A DNA stretch of 62,179 nucleotides, filler included, from Babesia bigemina (GCF_000981445.1; 5 parts of 5 records of this genome joined end to end with filler, not necessarily neighbours in it), one strand, 5' to 3'. Counted from the first letter of the whole stretch, positions 24,301-34,412 are shown. A program made the numbers and translations. The notes: generated from the sequence alone by a model not told the origin.

Positions 24301-24459
24301 GGCTAGTGTATTTGCTGTATTTGGCCCATCGATTATACTTTTAATTTCTGCTAGCAATGTCGTGAAACTCACGATACCATTCCATTCCTTAAAACCAAAA
24401 AATCCTTTACTCAAGACATCACTTAACCTCTCAATAACATCTTGTCTTTTCATCATACA
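21346..24459 (-). CDS. ves1: ves1-family antigen, C-terminal ~1036 aa (5' end lost at contig break), ISYLQP C-terminal class
   Basis: FANPRHPELL, Cys-rich C-terminal domain, TM segment, and tail SSHRITAQSLLAAAQVGRLAKISYLQP. Confidence 0.9.
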   Translation of the reverse strand, partial: CMMKRQDVIERLSDVLSKGFFGFKEWNGIVSFTTLLAEIKSIIDGPNTANTLARIIEDANTFYSSVIHYEAETVIAHLQAFVAGRSAAALTAIQSRAKEDYYEATRKMFTAMQRDVHMQIDEINNLIALDYNNGVKGLLKRVMDKDNAFSGSNNKLKKLDVKKTDSIQANERLRSLSANLKAYLVNILSYVFYPVGTGLTDDPAKKVKNIQTDVDELLEHLSVSNDSKKYNYDNKFVTFLTSLSSSLTALHPSAFANPRHPELLDAVRAGLQGFVTEMGRVYVNGYEGGEGIDKLGKLVTNGGNTDGKLTDDGRNFSKIFLTILETLYHDFVTLQGGCKKDASGHKQQLCLYVDEKGKRNGNRLGSWLKERGFDVPSTKDKQDGELDSKKTGKNIHDDMICKKLENVASNTTLTTWKKKKNSETSGSTSNDDITLLDILGFFHDQLLDYFKTSHLRHIPSPKAPCNVYQMLQWLTGLRHNPMYDKLCGHFKGLFKKPEGDKANDVSEYKLESTESKLNAGELSTMLRKVCNISVDVLVAIQGHGHADGVYAIDFYVNSEGLSYPSNPGQCFDLLVDVASRVYHQMLFVYKQCNNGPQSSGWSDCHYGRSIAGSAWNCNTFQCPDQECKQKHDQTADQHYKCGIKSPLQSFLEDGLPGFLPHQFTKPGCKLECAVPNHFGKPCLTPMGFADIGIAASHTKQGKHLKDVLEKFCGSVEPRLTKLCSMLTCLLQKPPQTLGDILAFYHKFLDRWEKSGEHKRDAFVDAVRKANFRDEQTKLNVVCIQSGHRHTESHVRGELLSLMQCNSNKTPTPPCGAYLQPLYLEIRETYSKHHADRYLSWVVYITETFYDLLKRLYDECCKKCNTPGSRCYEKCCTENCQVTYSADKPSVKTLENANHNTSCNSIVKCPNTHPTLYKYGFTFGSPYDLSGQYSQQTRRTCKDFCTALERVLGKGCLLADLLNNIDNFLWAIRTPFSYLVLALWSLSLFYLICVMVGRLDVLHIRSHLRIPSSHRITAQSLLAAAQVGRLAKISYLQP

Positions 24460-24559
24460 NNNNNNNNNNNNNNNNNNNNNNNNNNNNNNNNNNNNNNNNN
24501 NNNTTAATTAATTAANNNNNNNNNNNNNNNNNNNNNNNNNNNNNNNNNNNNNNNNNNNN
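24460..24559. other. Artificial contig linker
   Basis: N44-TTAATTAATTAA-N44. Confidence 0.99.
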
Positions 24560-25291
24560 CCACTCTACATCGCCCCTTATCCTCTCTACATCGCTCCCTA
24601 ACCCACTCTACATCGCCCCTTAACCCACTCTACATCGCCCCTTTATCCACTCTACATCGCTCCCTAACCCACTCTACATCGCCCCTTATCCACTGAACAT
24701 CGCCCCTTTATCCACTCTACATCGCCCCTTAATCCACCCTACATCGCCCCTTTATCCACTCCACATCGCTCCCTAATCCACTCCACATCGCTCCCTTATC
24801 CACTCTACATCGCTCCCTAATCCACTCTACATCGCCCCTTATCCTCTCTACATCGCTCCCTAACCCACTCTACATCGCCCCTTAACCCACTCTACATCGC
24901 CCCTTTATCCACTCTACATCGCTCCCTAACCCACTCTACATCGCCCCTTATCCACTGAACATCGCCCCTTTATCCACTCTACATCGCCCCTTAATCCACC
25001 CTACATCGCCCCTTTATCCACTCCACATCGCTCCCTAATCCACTCCACATCGCCCCTTTACCCACCCTACATCGCCCCTTTATCCACTCTACATCGCCCC
25101 TTCACCCACTCTACATCGCTCCCTAACCCACTCTACATCGCTCCCTAATCCACTCCACATCGCCCCTTTATCCACTCTACATCGCCCCTTAACCCACTCT
25201 ACATCGCCCCCTTATCCACTCTACATCGCCCCTGTGTCCACTCTACATCGCCCCTTAACCCACTCTACATCGCCCCTTTATCCACTCTACA
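24560..25291 (+). repeat. 22-bp satellite upstream of ves cassette, with an internal ~262-bp higher-order duplication
   Basis: Rare variants ATCCTCTCTAC and CCACTGAACATCG recur at a 262-bp offset. Confidence 0.95.
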
Positions 25292-25447
25292 ACCCTTGAA
25301 TTATTTCGCCATAATACCGCTATGACCTCTCTAAACCATAGCAATAACTTGTGCCTTGTCACCCTTCACTTCCCCTCTTCCACCTCTTGCCACTGCCCTA
25401 ACCATGTGCCGCCTAGGGAGCTTGACAAGAAATTTGACAAAATTTAA

Positions 25448-28400
25448 AACCTTAAAAACACCTCAAATAATGACCCTACTAACATCCTTAATAACCTCTG
25501 CACCGGCCTCGAAACCTTCCTCGGCTTCAATCCATCCTCCAAAGGCTACACTGGCCAGGGGATTGTCTACTCTGACCTTGACAGGCTGTGTGACGGGGTG
25601 ATGGGATTTTTGTATCAGGTGCTTAAAGATGTCAGCGAGAAACAGCCTTACGAAACAGGTAAGAAATTTATAGATACATTAATTAATGATCATTTAGAGC
25701 CTAATTTGAATCTAGGTCACGATGGTTTTTGCAAGGCGTTTCCCACATTAAGCCTGAACGTCGACAGGTACAATAAGCAAGTGAAGTCGTCGAATGAAAG
25801 CATTAAGAATAAAATAAAGAATTTCGGTAGAGAAATGCAGCAACTTAACAAAACGGTAAGTGAAATTTCAATTGATAATTCTCTTGCAGATGACGCCGAG
25901 CAAAGTGGACTGAACGAGGACTTGGTGAAGAAGAGCTTGGCAGATTGTCAGCGGAAAGCTGAAAACTTCACTAATGACTTAGATGTCCAAAATAGCCACA
26001 ATAGCAACAAAGACGCAATTAATGATTTTAACGAAAAGTTGCGTGACAAAATTGTGAGTGTCCATCAGACGCTGGTGCATGAAAAAAATCGGCTGAGCGA
26101 GTTAGCGAAAAAGGAGGAAGAGAAGTTGGCGGCGACTAAGGATAAGATTACTGCCACTCTTGATGGCGTCAAAAGCAAGGTCAACGATCACATTTGCAAG
26201 GAAGTAAATACTCTTGTCACGCACTTCACGAAAAAAATTCAGGTCATTTTGCAGAAGCTCAACGATATCAATGGTCAGCTGAAGACATACATCGGTGAGC
26301 TGGAAAGGTGGATCAGGGATGCGGAGAGTTCCGTCATTACTGTCCAAGGGCATTTGGATATCATACTGAAAGAGTTTGATAAGGAGGATAAGAGCATTAA
26401 ACCGGAGAAAATACGTGAAGAAGCCAAGAAGCTACAGTCAGCGGGCGATAACCTGTTTGCGCTTGCGAGAGAGGCGAAGAATAAAGTAATCGAGGAGGTG
26501 AAAACAGCGCTTGAGGCTGTAAGAACGATGGACGGGGAATTGAAAGAGGATCTGTATAAGGTGAAGCAGGCAATTGAAGGGCAGGTAAAGGAGATTAAAA
26601 GTAATATAGGGGAACTCGGTAGAAAATATATTAGTGTTGGAGACACTGCTAAAACTCTGGAAGAGATATTCGTAAAGTTTAGGGATCAGGTTAAGAAAAT
26701 TCATGGAGGGCCAAGGAACGAAAGTGGTATTGGTGCAATGAAAAGTAAAACAAACAGTTATGGCGCGAGTTTCACAATGAATTTTTGGGGTGACGTTTTA
26801 AAAAAATGGTTGGACGATATTCTGGGAACGGAGCCTACGAGAAGGGGTGAACCGCGGAAAAAAGGGTATCTTGAGGATTATCTCACTGTGTATGCTGGGG
26901 GCTATGTCAAGAATAATACAGATGTGAAGTTTAACTCCGGTAAAAACCGTGAAGATGAAATCATCAAAGTTCTTAAGGAGCAGATAGAAAAAAAATTCAC
27001 GGAAGAGGCATCTGAGGCCGGTGATCTGATTAATCAAAAAATTAGAGAAGCCAAAGGCGCCGCTCAGAAAAACCTTGAAGCTATCCAGAGTGGTTGCAAT
27101 GTTTTTGCCACGAGAATAGGTGAGAAGCTTCATACCAAGGTTGCAGAGATTGTTGGAGCAGTAGAAGATGTACTTGTGGGAAATAGGCAAGGTGCCACTA
27201 AAAAAAATGATCTATTATACGCGGTCGAAGTAACGCTCCTAGTGCTTCACTCAAAAGTCAGGCAAGCTGCTAAAGAACTCCACTCATTCGCCCTCGACCC
27301 CAAAGTGTCTAGTAAGCCTGAGACCAGTATAGCAGCTTACTTGGACGACGCGTTTGCTGTGGCTGATGAGTTCTACGATAACCTCAAAACGTCACTTAAA
27401 GATACTGCTGCACAGAATAAAAACCACGTCAAAGCCGTGGACAATGCTATCTCGGCAATAAGCGCTGTGACTACCAAGCACATCGGGACTGATCCGTTAA
27501 CAGGTGGCGGCGATTCGATCGATAAAATATCTGGTCTCGGTGAAGCAGGGTTTTTGAAATATAAAATGCAAGTTAAAGAAGACAGTATAGCCACATCCGC
27601 CGGCGACATAGAAAACCTAGATGGAACCCTTCCTAAAGCGATCAAGAACATTAGGGATGAAATTAAAGCTATTTTAAAAATGATCGAACCTGAAAAAACC
27701 CTCACCGGTGGCACAGATGAGATAAACGCTGAAACCTTTAACGATCCATTCAAAAAAATAACCGACGACCTGGAATCCCTGTGCACGACCATCAGAGAGG
27801 TTGGAGGCCACGCCCGAGACAACCTAAGACTTTTGAAGAATACGTATTTTAGCGAAACATCAAATCTCAGAGGTAGTATATACAAAATCAAGCAAGATCT
27901 CACCGATCTGCAGAAGAGTTTGGAGACTGGTCTGATTAAAACTACCACGGATGTCTTGAACGGCATGATTCCAACTCGAGACGCCACCATCACGTTGCTT
28001 GACAACCAAGTTCAACAGGAGGTTAAGATTGCTAGGAACGCTCTAAACATCCACGCGCAGAAGCAGTACATTGAGTCACTGAAAGAGCTGCTGACGGCAT
28101 TCTCTCGAAAGGTCCAAAAGGAACTCGAACTTTTGCCGAGAGACATTTCACGTGACTTAACCCTTGGTTTCAAAGGTTTTATGACGGCATTTGAACGGGA
28201 TTTCATTACTAACGAAAAGTCAATTAGAGGTATTAGAGACATGAACCCTAAGTTCACACCTCAAAAGGAGTCCCTGCTAAGCCAGGCTGCTTCCAAATTC
28301 TTCGGTAGCGTCAACAGATTTCTGCATGATTTGCATAAACAGCAGGACTTTACGACGGACTTTGAGAAAATTCAGCCAACGCGTGAGGCGCTAGCTAAGT

Positions 28401-30796
28401 TGTTTGGAGAACTTGTCGGTTCACAACACTTCGATCATGTCTTCACCAAAAACCTCGATGCCCTCAATAATGCCATCACCTCCTTCAAGCCCGCTACCTA
28501 CGGCGAAGCCAAGTGCCCCTCACTCCTCAATGCTCTTAAAGCTGGCTTCACCCCTCTCGTCAAAGAGCTCAAGAAGGCATACGTTTCAACGTATTCTTTG
28601 AGGACCATCGAATGGGAGAAACTCACCGAGGCGGAAAGTAGAAACTACGCCAAAATCTGTTGGACCATCACGCCCATCTTATACGACGCTCTAACTGAAC
28701 TCAAGAATAGACTTGAATACAGCGGTTGGGATGGCCACAAAATCTATCACCCAGCTGACGGCACCTCAAGCCTCCACGCTCTCTTCTTCCGCGACAACGG
28801 GTATGACGTCCGTCGTCCTGAGAACGCTGAGCACGGCGAGCTGAATCACAGACAAGACTTCAATGGTAGCAGCATTCTCAAACACCTAAACAATAAAACG
28901 CATAATTTGTTCAGTCATCTGTCATCTCCCGTCACCGACATTCCTCAATCGACATCCGGGTCGGACGAGCTTGATGTAACCATCGCGGAGGAAAGTGGTC
29001 TCATCCGAAAACTCTATGATTTCTTAAAGACGTACTTCAGAGTCTGCCACCTTACCCGTGTTGACAAACCCAGGGCTCCGTGCTCCGTTTACGAAATTCT
29101 CGTCTGGTGCAACGGTCTGCAGTTCAACCCCGTGTACGGCAAACTGATGAAGCACATTGAGTCTGAGTTCATGAAGGAGGACAAGCTGAATCCAGGTTCA
29201 AAGAAGCTGCAGCCTTTCGATGCGCACCCATCTCGCTTCCATCACACTGACGTTAACGAATATCTGTACAAGGTCTCATCTGACTCCCACGCCGTCCTCA
29301 CCGCTATCCTAGGCCACGGTCACAAGGACGGAATTTACGCCTGTGATTTCTCCAGCAACTCGCTGAAATTAGATTACCCTACCAGCATGATTCAGCTGCT
29401 GTGTACGTTGTTCGACCTGCTCAAGCGCCTCTACCACCAGCTGTACTTCCTGATGCAGCAGTGTCAACTTACAACTCAGCTCAGCGGCTGGAGGGAGTGC
29501 CACTACGGCAGGTACATCGGTGGGTCCGGCTGGCAGTGCAACACGAAGCAATGCCCTAAGCAAGACTGCGACCAAAGGCACGACCAAAGTGGCAACCAAA
29601 CGGGTGGGCAATATCCCAACTGCGGCGTCACGTCGCCACTGCAATCGTTCTTGGAGGACGGTTTGAAGGGCCACCTGCCGCATTCGGTGATAGCTAGGGG
29701 ATCGAGTCTGTCATGTAGCACGTGTGGTAATTCACCTGGTATGCCGTGCAGAACTCCGATGGGCTTCGCTGACATCAGTGCCATCGCGTCGCATACGATG
29801 ATAGGCCGGAATATATGCGAGGTGCTTTACGATTTCTGTGGCCGTCCTAACTCCCCTCTCACAAGGCTGTGCAGTTACCTCAACTGCCTTTTGCCTAGTG
29901 CGCCGAAAACGCTGGCGGACATGTTCAGCTTCTACCATCACCTCACCGATCGCTGGGGTATGCACGGTAACAAACACAAGAAAGAGGCATTTGAGGAGAA
30001 AGTTAAAGCAGCTAATTTCGGACGTCAGTATAATGAGCTGAACGTCTACCACTTATTTACCCCTAGTCACTCGGCATTGAAGAAGGGCCACTCCGATGGT
30101 AGCCTGGGCAGTCTCGTATGCTTATCAAGGGAAGCCATCGTATGCGGTCCTTATCTGCGTCCCATCAGTCACACCATCTACGAGACGTTCTCGTCAGAAC
30201 ACGCCGATAAGTATCTGTCCTGGATTGTCTATCTGACGGCATCGTTCTACGATCTGCTGAAGAAACTGTATGATGAGTGCAATTCCAAATGCGGTTCCAG
30301 GGGATCGAATTGCCATGAAAAGGCGTGCATCAAAGATTGTAGAACTACATCCAAACATGATCCACCACGATATCACGATCCCAAATGCAAATCCATTGTA
30401 AAGTGCAATTCCACGCTGCCGACATTGGCGAAGTACGGCTTCGTTCTCGGCGATCCAGAGAGGCTGAACGGAAGTGCAGGCATTGAGAAAAAACGCACGT
30501 GCAGAGATTTCTGTACAGTATTCGCGGAGTCATTTGAGAAGGACTCACATCTTGTGCAGTTATTCAAAGCCATTGATAATTTCATGTTCACCATCCGCTC
30601 ACCGTTCCTGTGGATGACCGTGGCGCTCTGGTCACTATCCCTCTTCTACCTCATCTGCGTAATGGTTGGCAGGCTGGATGTGCTCCACATCAGGTCACAC
30701 CTGAGGATACCGTCATCGCACAGGATAACTGCTCAATCATTGTTGGCGGCAGCGCAAGTCGGAAGGCTTGCCAAGATATCGTATCTACAACCGTAA
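25448..30796 (+). CDS. ves1: ves1-family antigen ORF (~1780 codons), ISYLQP class; separated from ATG 25322 by one in-frame TAA (25445-25447)
   Basis: NILNNLCTGLETFLGF..GIVYSDLDRLCDGVMGFL at the 5' end; conserved TM and tail at the 3' end. Confidence 0.9.
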   Translation, partial: NLKNTSNNDPTNILNNLCTGLETFLGFNPSSKGYTGQGIVYSDLDRLCDGVMGFLYQVLKDVSEKQPYETGKKFIDTLINDHLEPNLNLGHDGFCKAFPTLSLNVDRYNKQVKSSNESIKNKIKNFGREMQQLNKTVSEISIDNSLADDAEQSGLNEDLVKKSLADCQRKAENFTNDLDVQNSHNSNKDAINDFNEKLRDKIVSVHQTLVHEKNRLSELAKKEEEKLAATKDKITATLDGVKSKVNDHICKEVNTLVTHFTKKIQVILQKLNDINGQLKTYIGELERWIRDAESSVITVQGHLDIILKEFDKEDKSIKPEKIREEAKKLQSAGDNLFALAREAKNKVIEEVKTALEAVRTMDGELKEDLYKVKQAIEGQVKEIKSNIGELGRKYISVGDTAKTLEEIFVKFRDQVKKIHGGPRNESGIGAMKSKTNSYGASFTMNFWGDVLKKWLDDILGTEPTRRGEPRKKGYLEDYLTVYAGGYVKNNTDVKFNSGKNREDEIIKVLKEQIEKKFTEEASEAGDLINQKIREAKGAAQKNLEAIQSGCNVFATRIGEKLHTKVAEIVGAVEDVLVGNRQGATKKNDLLYAVEVTLLVLHSKVRQAAKELHSFALDPKVSSKPETSIAAYLDDAFAVADEFYDNLKTSLKDTAAQNKNHVKAVDNAISAISAVTTKHIGTDPLTGGGDSIDKISGLGEAGFLKYKMQVKEDSIATSAGDIENLDGTLPKAIKNIRDEIKAILKMIEPEKTLTGGTDEINAETFNDPFKKITDDLESLCTTIREVGGHARDNLRLLKNTYFSETSNLRGSIYKIKQDLTDLQKSLETGLIKTTTDVLNGMIPTRDATITLLDNQVQQEVKIARNALNIHAQKQYIESLKELLTAFSRKVQKELELLPRDISRDLTLGFKGFMTAFERDFITNEKSIRGIRDMNPKFTPQKESLLSQAASKFFGSVNRFLHDLHKQQDFTTDFEKIQPTREALAKLFGELVGSQHFDHVFTKNLDALNNAITSFKPATYGEAKCPSLLNALKAGFTPLVKELKKAYVSTYSLRTIEWEKLTEAESRNYAKICWTITPILYDALTELKNRLEYSGWDGHKIYHPADGTSSLHALFFRDNGYDVRRPENAEHGELNHRQDFNGSSILKHLNNKTHNLFSHLSSPVTDIPQSTSGSDELDVTIAEESGLIRKLYDFLKTYFRVCHLTRVDKPRAPCSVYEILVWCNGLQFNPVYGKLMKHIESEFMKEDKLNPGSKKLQPFDAHPSRFHHTDVNEYLYKVSSDSHAVLTAILGHGHKDGIYACDFSSNSLKLDYPTSMIQLLCTLFDLLKRLYHQLYFLMQQCQLTTQLSGWRECHYGRYIGGSGWQCNTKQCPKQDCDQRHDQSGNQTGGQYPNCGVTSPLQSFLEDGLKGHLPHSVIARGSSLSCSTCGNSPGMPCRTPMGFADISAIASHTMIGRNICEVLYDFCGRPNSPLTRLCSYLNCLLPSAPKTLADMFSFYHHLTDRWGMHGNKHKKEAFEEKVKAANFGRQYNELNVYHLFTPSHSALKKGHSDGSLGSLVCLSREAIVCGPYLRPISHTIYETFSSEHADKYLSWIVYLTASFYDLLKKLYDECNSKCGSRGSNCHEKACIKDCRTTSKHDPPRYHDPKCKSIVKCNSTLPTLAKYGFVLGDPERLNGSAGIEKKRTCRDFCTVFAESFEKDSHLVQLFKAIDNFMFTIRSPFLWMTVALWSLSLFYLICVMVGRLDVLHIRSHLRIPSSHRITAQSLLAAAQVGRLAKISYLQP

Positions 30797-30944
30797 TTGT
30801 ATTCACGTTTGTAATTCACATCAACTCACGTAATATCTCACCTACTCGCCTAAATAACAAACGTAGTTTAATGTCTCGAATTACTCTAGCGGCAACCTGT
30901 GAACTAAATCACACCTAACGTAGGTTATGACTGAACGACCAAGC

Positions 30945-31105
30945 AACGTGCTAACCTAGCAACCAGGCTAAGTGCTAAGCTGGCACCCAGGTAAAGTGCT
31001 AACCTAGCAACCAGGCTAAGTGCTAAGCTAGCAACCAGGCAAAGTGCTAAGCTGGCAACCAGGCAAGGTGGTAAGCTGGCAACCAGGCAAAGTGGTAAGC
31101 TGGCA
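30945..31105. repeat. 24-bp tandem repeat in the ves 3' flank
   Basis: GCTAAGCTAGCAACCAGGCAAAGT units; reverse complement of the 20960-21190 array. Confidence 0.9.
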
Positions 31106-31109
31106 AATG

Positions 31110-31590
31110 AACCGTTATTTGGTTGTTGCGTTGAGCTGTGCGTTGACTGTGAGAGGTGTCCGCGTTGCCCATTGAGTCAGTGTCACGTGAGGCTGGGTGA
31201 TTGGTCGCTAACGTAGGCGGTCGTGAGGGCCGCGGCGGGTGTCCTAAGTCGTGTGTTGCGAGTCACTGGCAGGGTGGCGTAATCCGCGTTGGCCTGGTTA
31301 AGTAGCATTTATAGGCAGCGATGTAGCGATCGTTAATATCACATTTAGGCACGTAGCCGACACACTCAGCCAGCATAGCGCCGATACCGCAGCTCGTAGC
31401 ACGGTGCTGCTGCACTGTGGGAGTTGAGCGCACGGGTCGCTGCAATTTTAATGGCTTTGCGAATATTTAATAATTTAGAGTGACAGTTGGTGCTGATCAC
31501 ATGCGTCGCGTCAGGGCAGCTGTGGTATCCCGGGCAGCGTGGGTGTCGGTGGCCTGGGCTGGGGGGACACAGGGGTGAGGGTTAAGTAAG
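31110..31590 (+). promoter_or_regulatory. Conserved unique spacer; candidate promoter of the Cys-rich gene
   Basis: Paralogous to 20446-20945. Confidence 0.4.
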
Positions 31591-31593
31591 TCA

Positions 31594-32270
31594 TGTTGCA
31601 GTTGGTGAGTGCTGCTTAGGTTATTGATATGTTTGCAGGCTGAGGGGACTGGTAGCGGCAGTGGTACGTGTTGCAGTTGGTGAGTGCGTTGCATGAGTGA
31701 TTGATATGTTCGCAGGTTGAGGGGACTGGGAGTGGCAGTGGTACGTGTTGCAGTTGGTGAGTGCGTTGCTAGGTGATTGATATGTTTGCAGGTTGAGGGG
31801 ACTGGGAGCGGCAGTGGTAGTGTTGCAGTTGGTGAGTGCAGCTTGAGTGATTGATATGTTTGCAGGCTGAGGGGACTGGGAGCGGCAGTGGTAGTGTTGC
31901 AGTTGGTGAGTGCTGCTTGAGTGATTGACATGTTCGCAGGTTGAGGGGACTGGGCGCGGCAGTGGTACGTGTTGCAGTTGGTGAGTGCGTTGCTTGAGTG
32001 ATTGATATGTCTGCAGGCTGAGGGGACTGGGAGCGGCAGTGTACGTGTTGCAGTTTGTGAGTGCTTGCATAGGTGACTGATATGTTTGCAGGTTGAGGGG
32101 ACTGGGAGCGGCAGTGGTACGTGTTGCAGTCGGTGAGTGCGTTGCTAGGTGATTGATATGTTCGCAGGGTGAGGGGACTGGGAGCGGCAGTGGTACGTGT
32201 TTTTGTAGGTGAGTTGTGCTTAGGTGACTGATATGTTTGCAGGTTGAGGGGACTGGGAGCAGAGCGGGAA
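31594..32270 (+). repeat. ~75-bp tandem array (about 9 units) upstream of the Cys-rich gene
   Basis: Unit GTGAGTGCGTTGCTAGGTGATTGATATGTTTGCAG-GTTGAGGGGACTGGGAGCGGCAGTGGTA(C)GTGTTGCAGTTG. Confidence 0.95.
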
Positions 32271-32271
32271 G

Positions 32272-32844
32272 ATGACTCATTATTGGCCAGGGAAACCATG
32301 CACTAGGTGTAACAAAAAGTGTAAATATATGCAGGTTTGTAACTGCTGTCCCTGGTGTTGCAAAGAATGTAATACGGATAGTTTATCCCGTTGTTATGAG
32401 TGTTTTGCATATACCTGGAAGCGGCAAAATAACAAGGATCCAAGTTACAATTGCAAAACCTTCGATTGTATAACCAAATGTGCAGGCAACGAGTTACAAT
32501 GTAAATGTGACTGTTGTCAACGGAAATGTAGAGAGCGGCCTGACGAGTGCAGTGCCCCCGTTCCACAGCCTCCACCTCCACCGCCTCCCCCTGATTCCTC
32601 CGGTGATCTGTCCGAGAACAGTGCACTACGTCGTACCAGCGGTAATGAAGATTCCATCGAAGACCCTACTGAAGAAGACTCCACACCTTTTTCCCCTGAC
32701 CCCCAAGCCATCGCCGCCGTCATCGTTGCCATCATTGTCGCCATCATCCTGCTCGACCTGTGCATCTTCCGCTTCCCGGTGGGCCGCAACATCCGCGATT
32801 TCCTCGTACGCAAGATACCCTTCTGCATCGCGTTTTACAGCTGA
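32272..32844 (+). CDS. Small Cys-rich single-pass membrane protein (190 aa, 20 Cys in the N-terminal domain, poly-Pro/acidic linker, FYS tail)
   Basis: ATG ORF; Cys scaffold shared with 18234-18677; TM segment IAAVIVAIIVAIILLDLCIF. Confidence 0.78.
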   Translation: MTHYWPGKPCTRCNKKCKYMQVCNCCPWCCKECNTDSLSRCYECFAYTWKRQNNKDPSYNCKTFDCITKCAGNELQCKCDCCQRKCRERPDECSAPVPQPPPPPPPPDSSGDLSENSALRRTSGNEDSIEDPTEEDSTPFSPDPQAIAAVIVAIIVAIILLDLCIFRFPVGRNIRDFLVRKIPFCIAFYS

Positions 32845-32973
32845 TCGCAGCAATTTGTTAGCGCAAACATCGTAATCCAAATCCCACTGATCTCCTAACT
32901 GCCAACTAACATCTAATGTTATAGACAGTAATGAGCGCGTTTATGATCAAGCACATGAGCAGTGAGGTGACAT

Positions 32974-33096
32974 CTTCCCCCAACGTCCTTCCCTTACATC
33001 ATCGCCGCCGTCGCCGTCATCATCCTCGTCATCTGCGCCATGATCTACTTCCGCATCCGGCCGTTCCACAGGGTGCGGTATCTACTGCGCAGCTAA
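32974..33096 (+). pseudogene. Orphan LLRS-type TM/tail segment (SPNVL/PYIIAAVAVIILVICAMIYFRIRPFHRVRYLLRS*)
   Basis: Manual translation; matches the C-terminus of 18234-18677 with a frameshift after SPNVL. Confidence 0.75.
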
Positions 33097-33179
33097 GCAG
33101 AATAACTTAACTGCCAACTGACATCTAATGTCTAGACAATATAATGCGTGCGTTTATGACTAATCACATCAGCAGTGAG

Positions 33180-33503
33180 GTGACCTACCACCTGACCAAT
33201 GTCATGACCAATGTGCTGACCAAGGTGCTGACCAATGCCATGACCAAAGTGCTGATCAATGTGTTGACCAAGGTGGTGACCAATGCCATGACCAATGCCA
33301 TGACCAAAGTGTTGACCAATGCCATGATCAAAGTGGTGACCAAGCACCTGACCAAGGTGCTGACCAATGCCACGACCAAGGTGCTGACCAAGGTGCTGAC
33401 CAACGTGTTGACCAAAGTGATGACCAAAGCCACGACCAATGTGCTGACCAATGCCATGACCAAAGTGCTGACCAATGACATGACCAAAGTGCTAAACAAG
33501 TTG
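33180..33503 (+). repeat. 12-bp satellite (GTGCTGACCAAA family)
   Basis: Read directly. Confidence 0.92.
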
Positions 33504-33746
33504 ATGGTCACGGCAGCGATGACATGGTCACGGCAGCGATGACATGGACACGGCAGTGATGTCATGGACACGGCAGCGATGACATGGTTACGGCAGCGAT
33601 GACATGGTCACGGCAGCGATGACATGGTCACGGCAGCGATGACATGGACACGGCAGCGATGACACGGTCACGGCAGCGATGACATGGTCACGGCAGCGAC
33701 GACATGGTCACGGCAGCGACGACATGGTCACGGCAGCGATGACATG
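33504..33746 (+). repeat. 20-bp satellite (CACGGCAGCGATGACATGGT)
   Basis: Read directly. Confidence 0.95.
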
Positions 33747-33764
33747 ACCTAAGTGGTGATTATT

Positions 33765-34412
33765 ATCCACTCTACATCGCTCCTTATACACTCTACATCG
33801 CCCCTTAACCCACTCCACATCGCCCCTTTATCCACTCTACATCGCCCCTTAACCCACTCTGCATCGCTCCTTAACCCGCTCCACATCGCCCCTTAACCCA
33901 CTCTACATCGCTCCCTAATCCACTCTACATCGCCCCTTAATCCACTCCACATCGCTCCCTAACCCACTCTACATCGCCCCTTACCCACTCCACATCGCTC
34001 CTTAACCCACTCTACATCGCTCCTTTACCCACTCTACATCGCCCCTTACCCACTCCACATCGCTCCTTAACCCACTCTACATCGCTCCTCTACCCACTCT
34101 ACATCGCCCCTTTATCCACTCTACATCGCCCCTTTACCCACTCTACATCGCTCCTTTACCCACTCCACATCGCCCCTTAACGCACTCTACATCGCCCCTT
34201 TATCCACTCTACATCGCCGCTTATCCACTCTACATCGCCCCTTTATCCACTCTACATCGCTCTCTAACCCACTCTACATCGCTCCCTAACCCACTCCACA
34301 TCGCCCCTTTATCCACTCCACATCGCCCCTTAACCCACTCTACATCGCTCCTTTACCCACTCTACATCGCTCCCTAACTTACTCTACATCGCCCCTTTAC
34401 CCACTCTACATC
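33765..34412 (+). repeat. 22-bp satellite
   Basis: Read directly. Confidence 0.95.

Noticed and set aside
33132..33571. ORFs such as VLTKVLTNAMT or HGIGQHFG from the 12-bp and 20-bp arrays, here and elsewhere
   Set aside because: Repeat-derived open frames with variable starts and ends and no other coding evidence.
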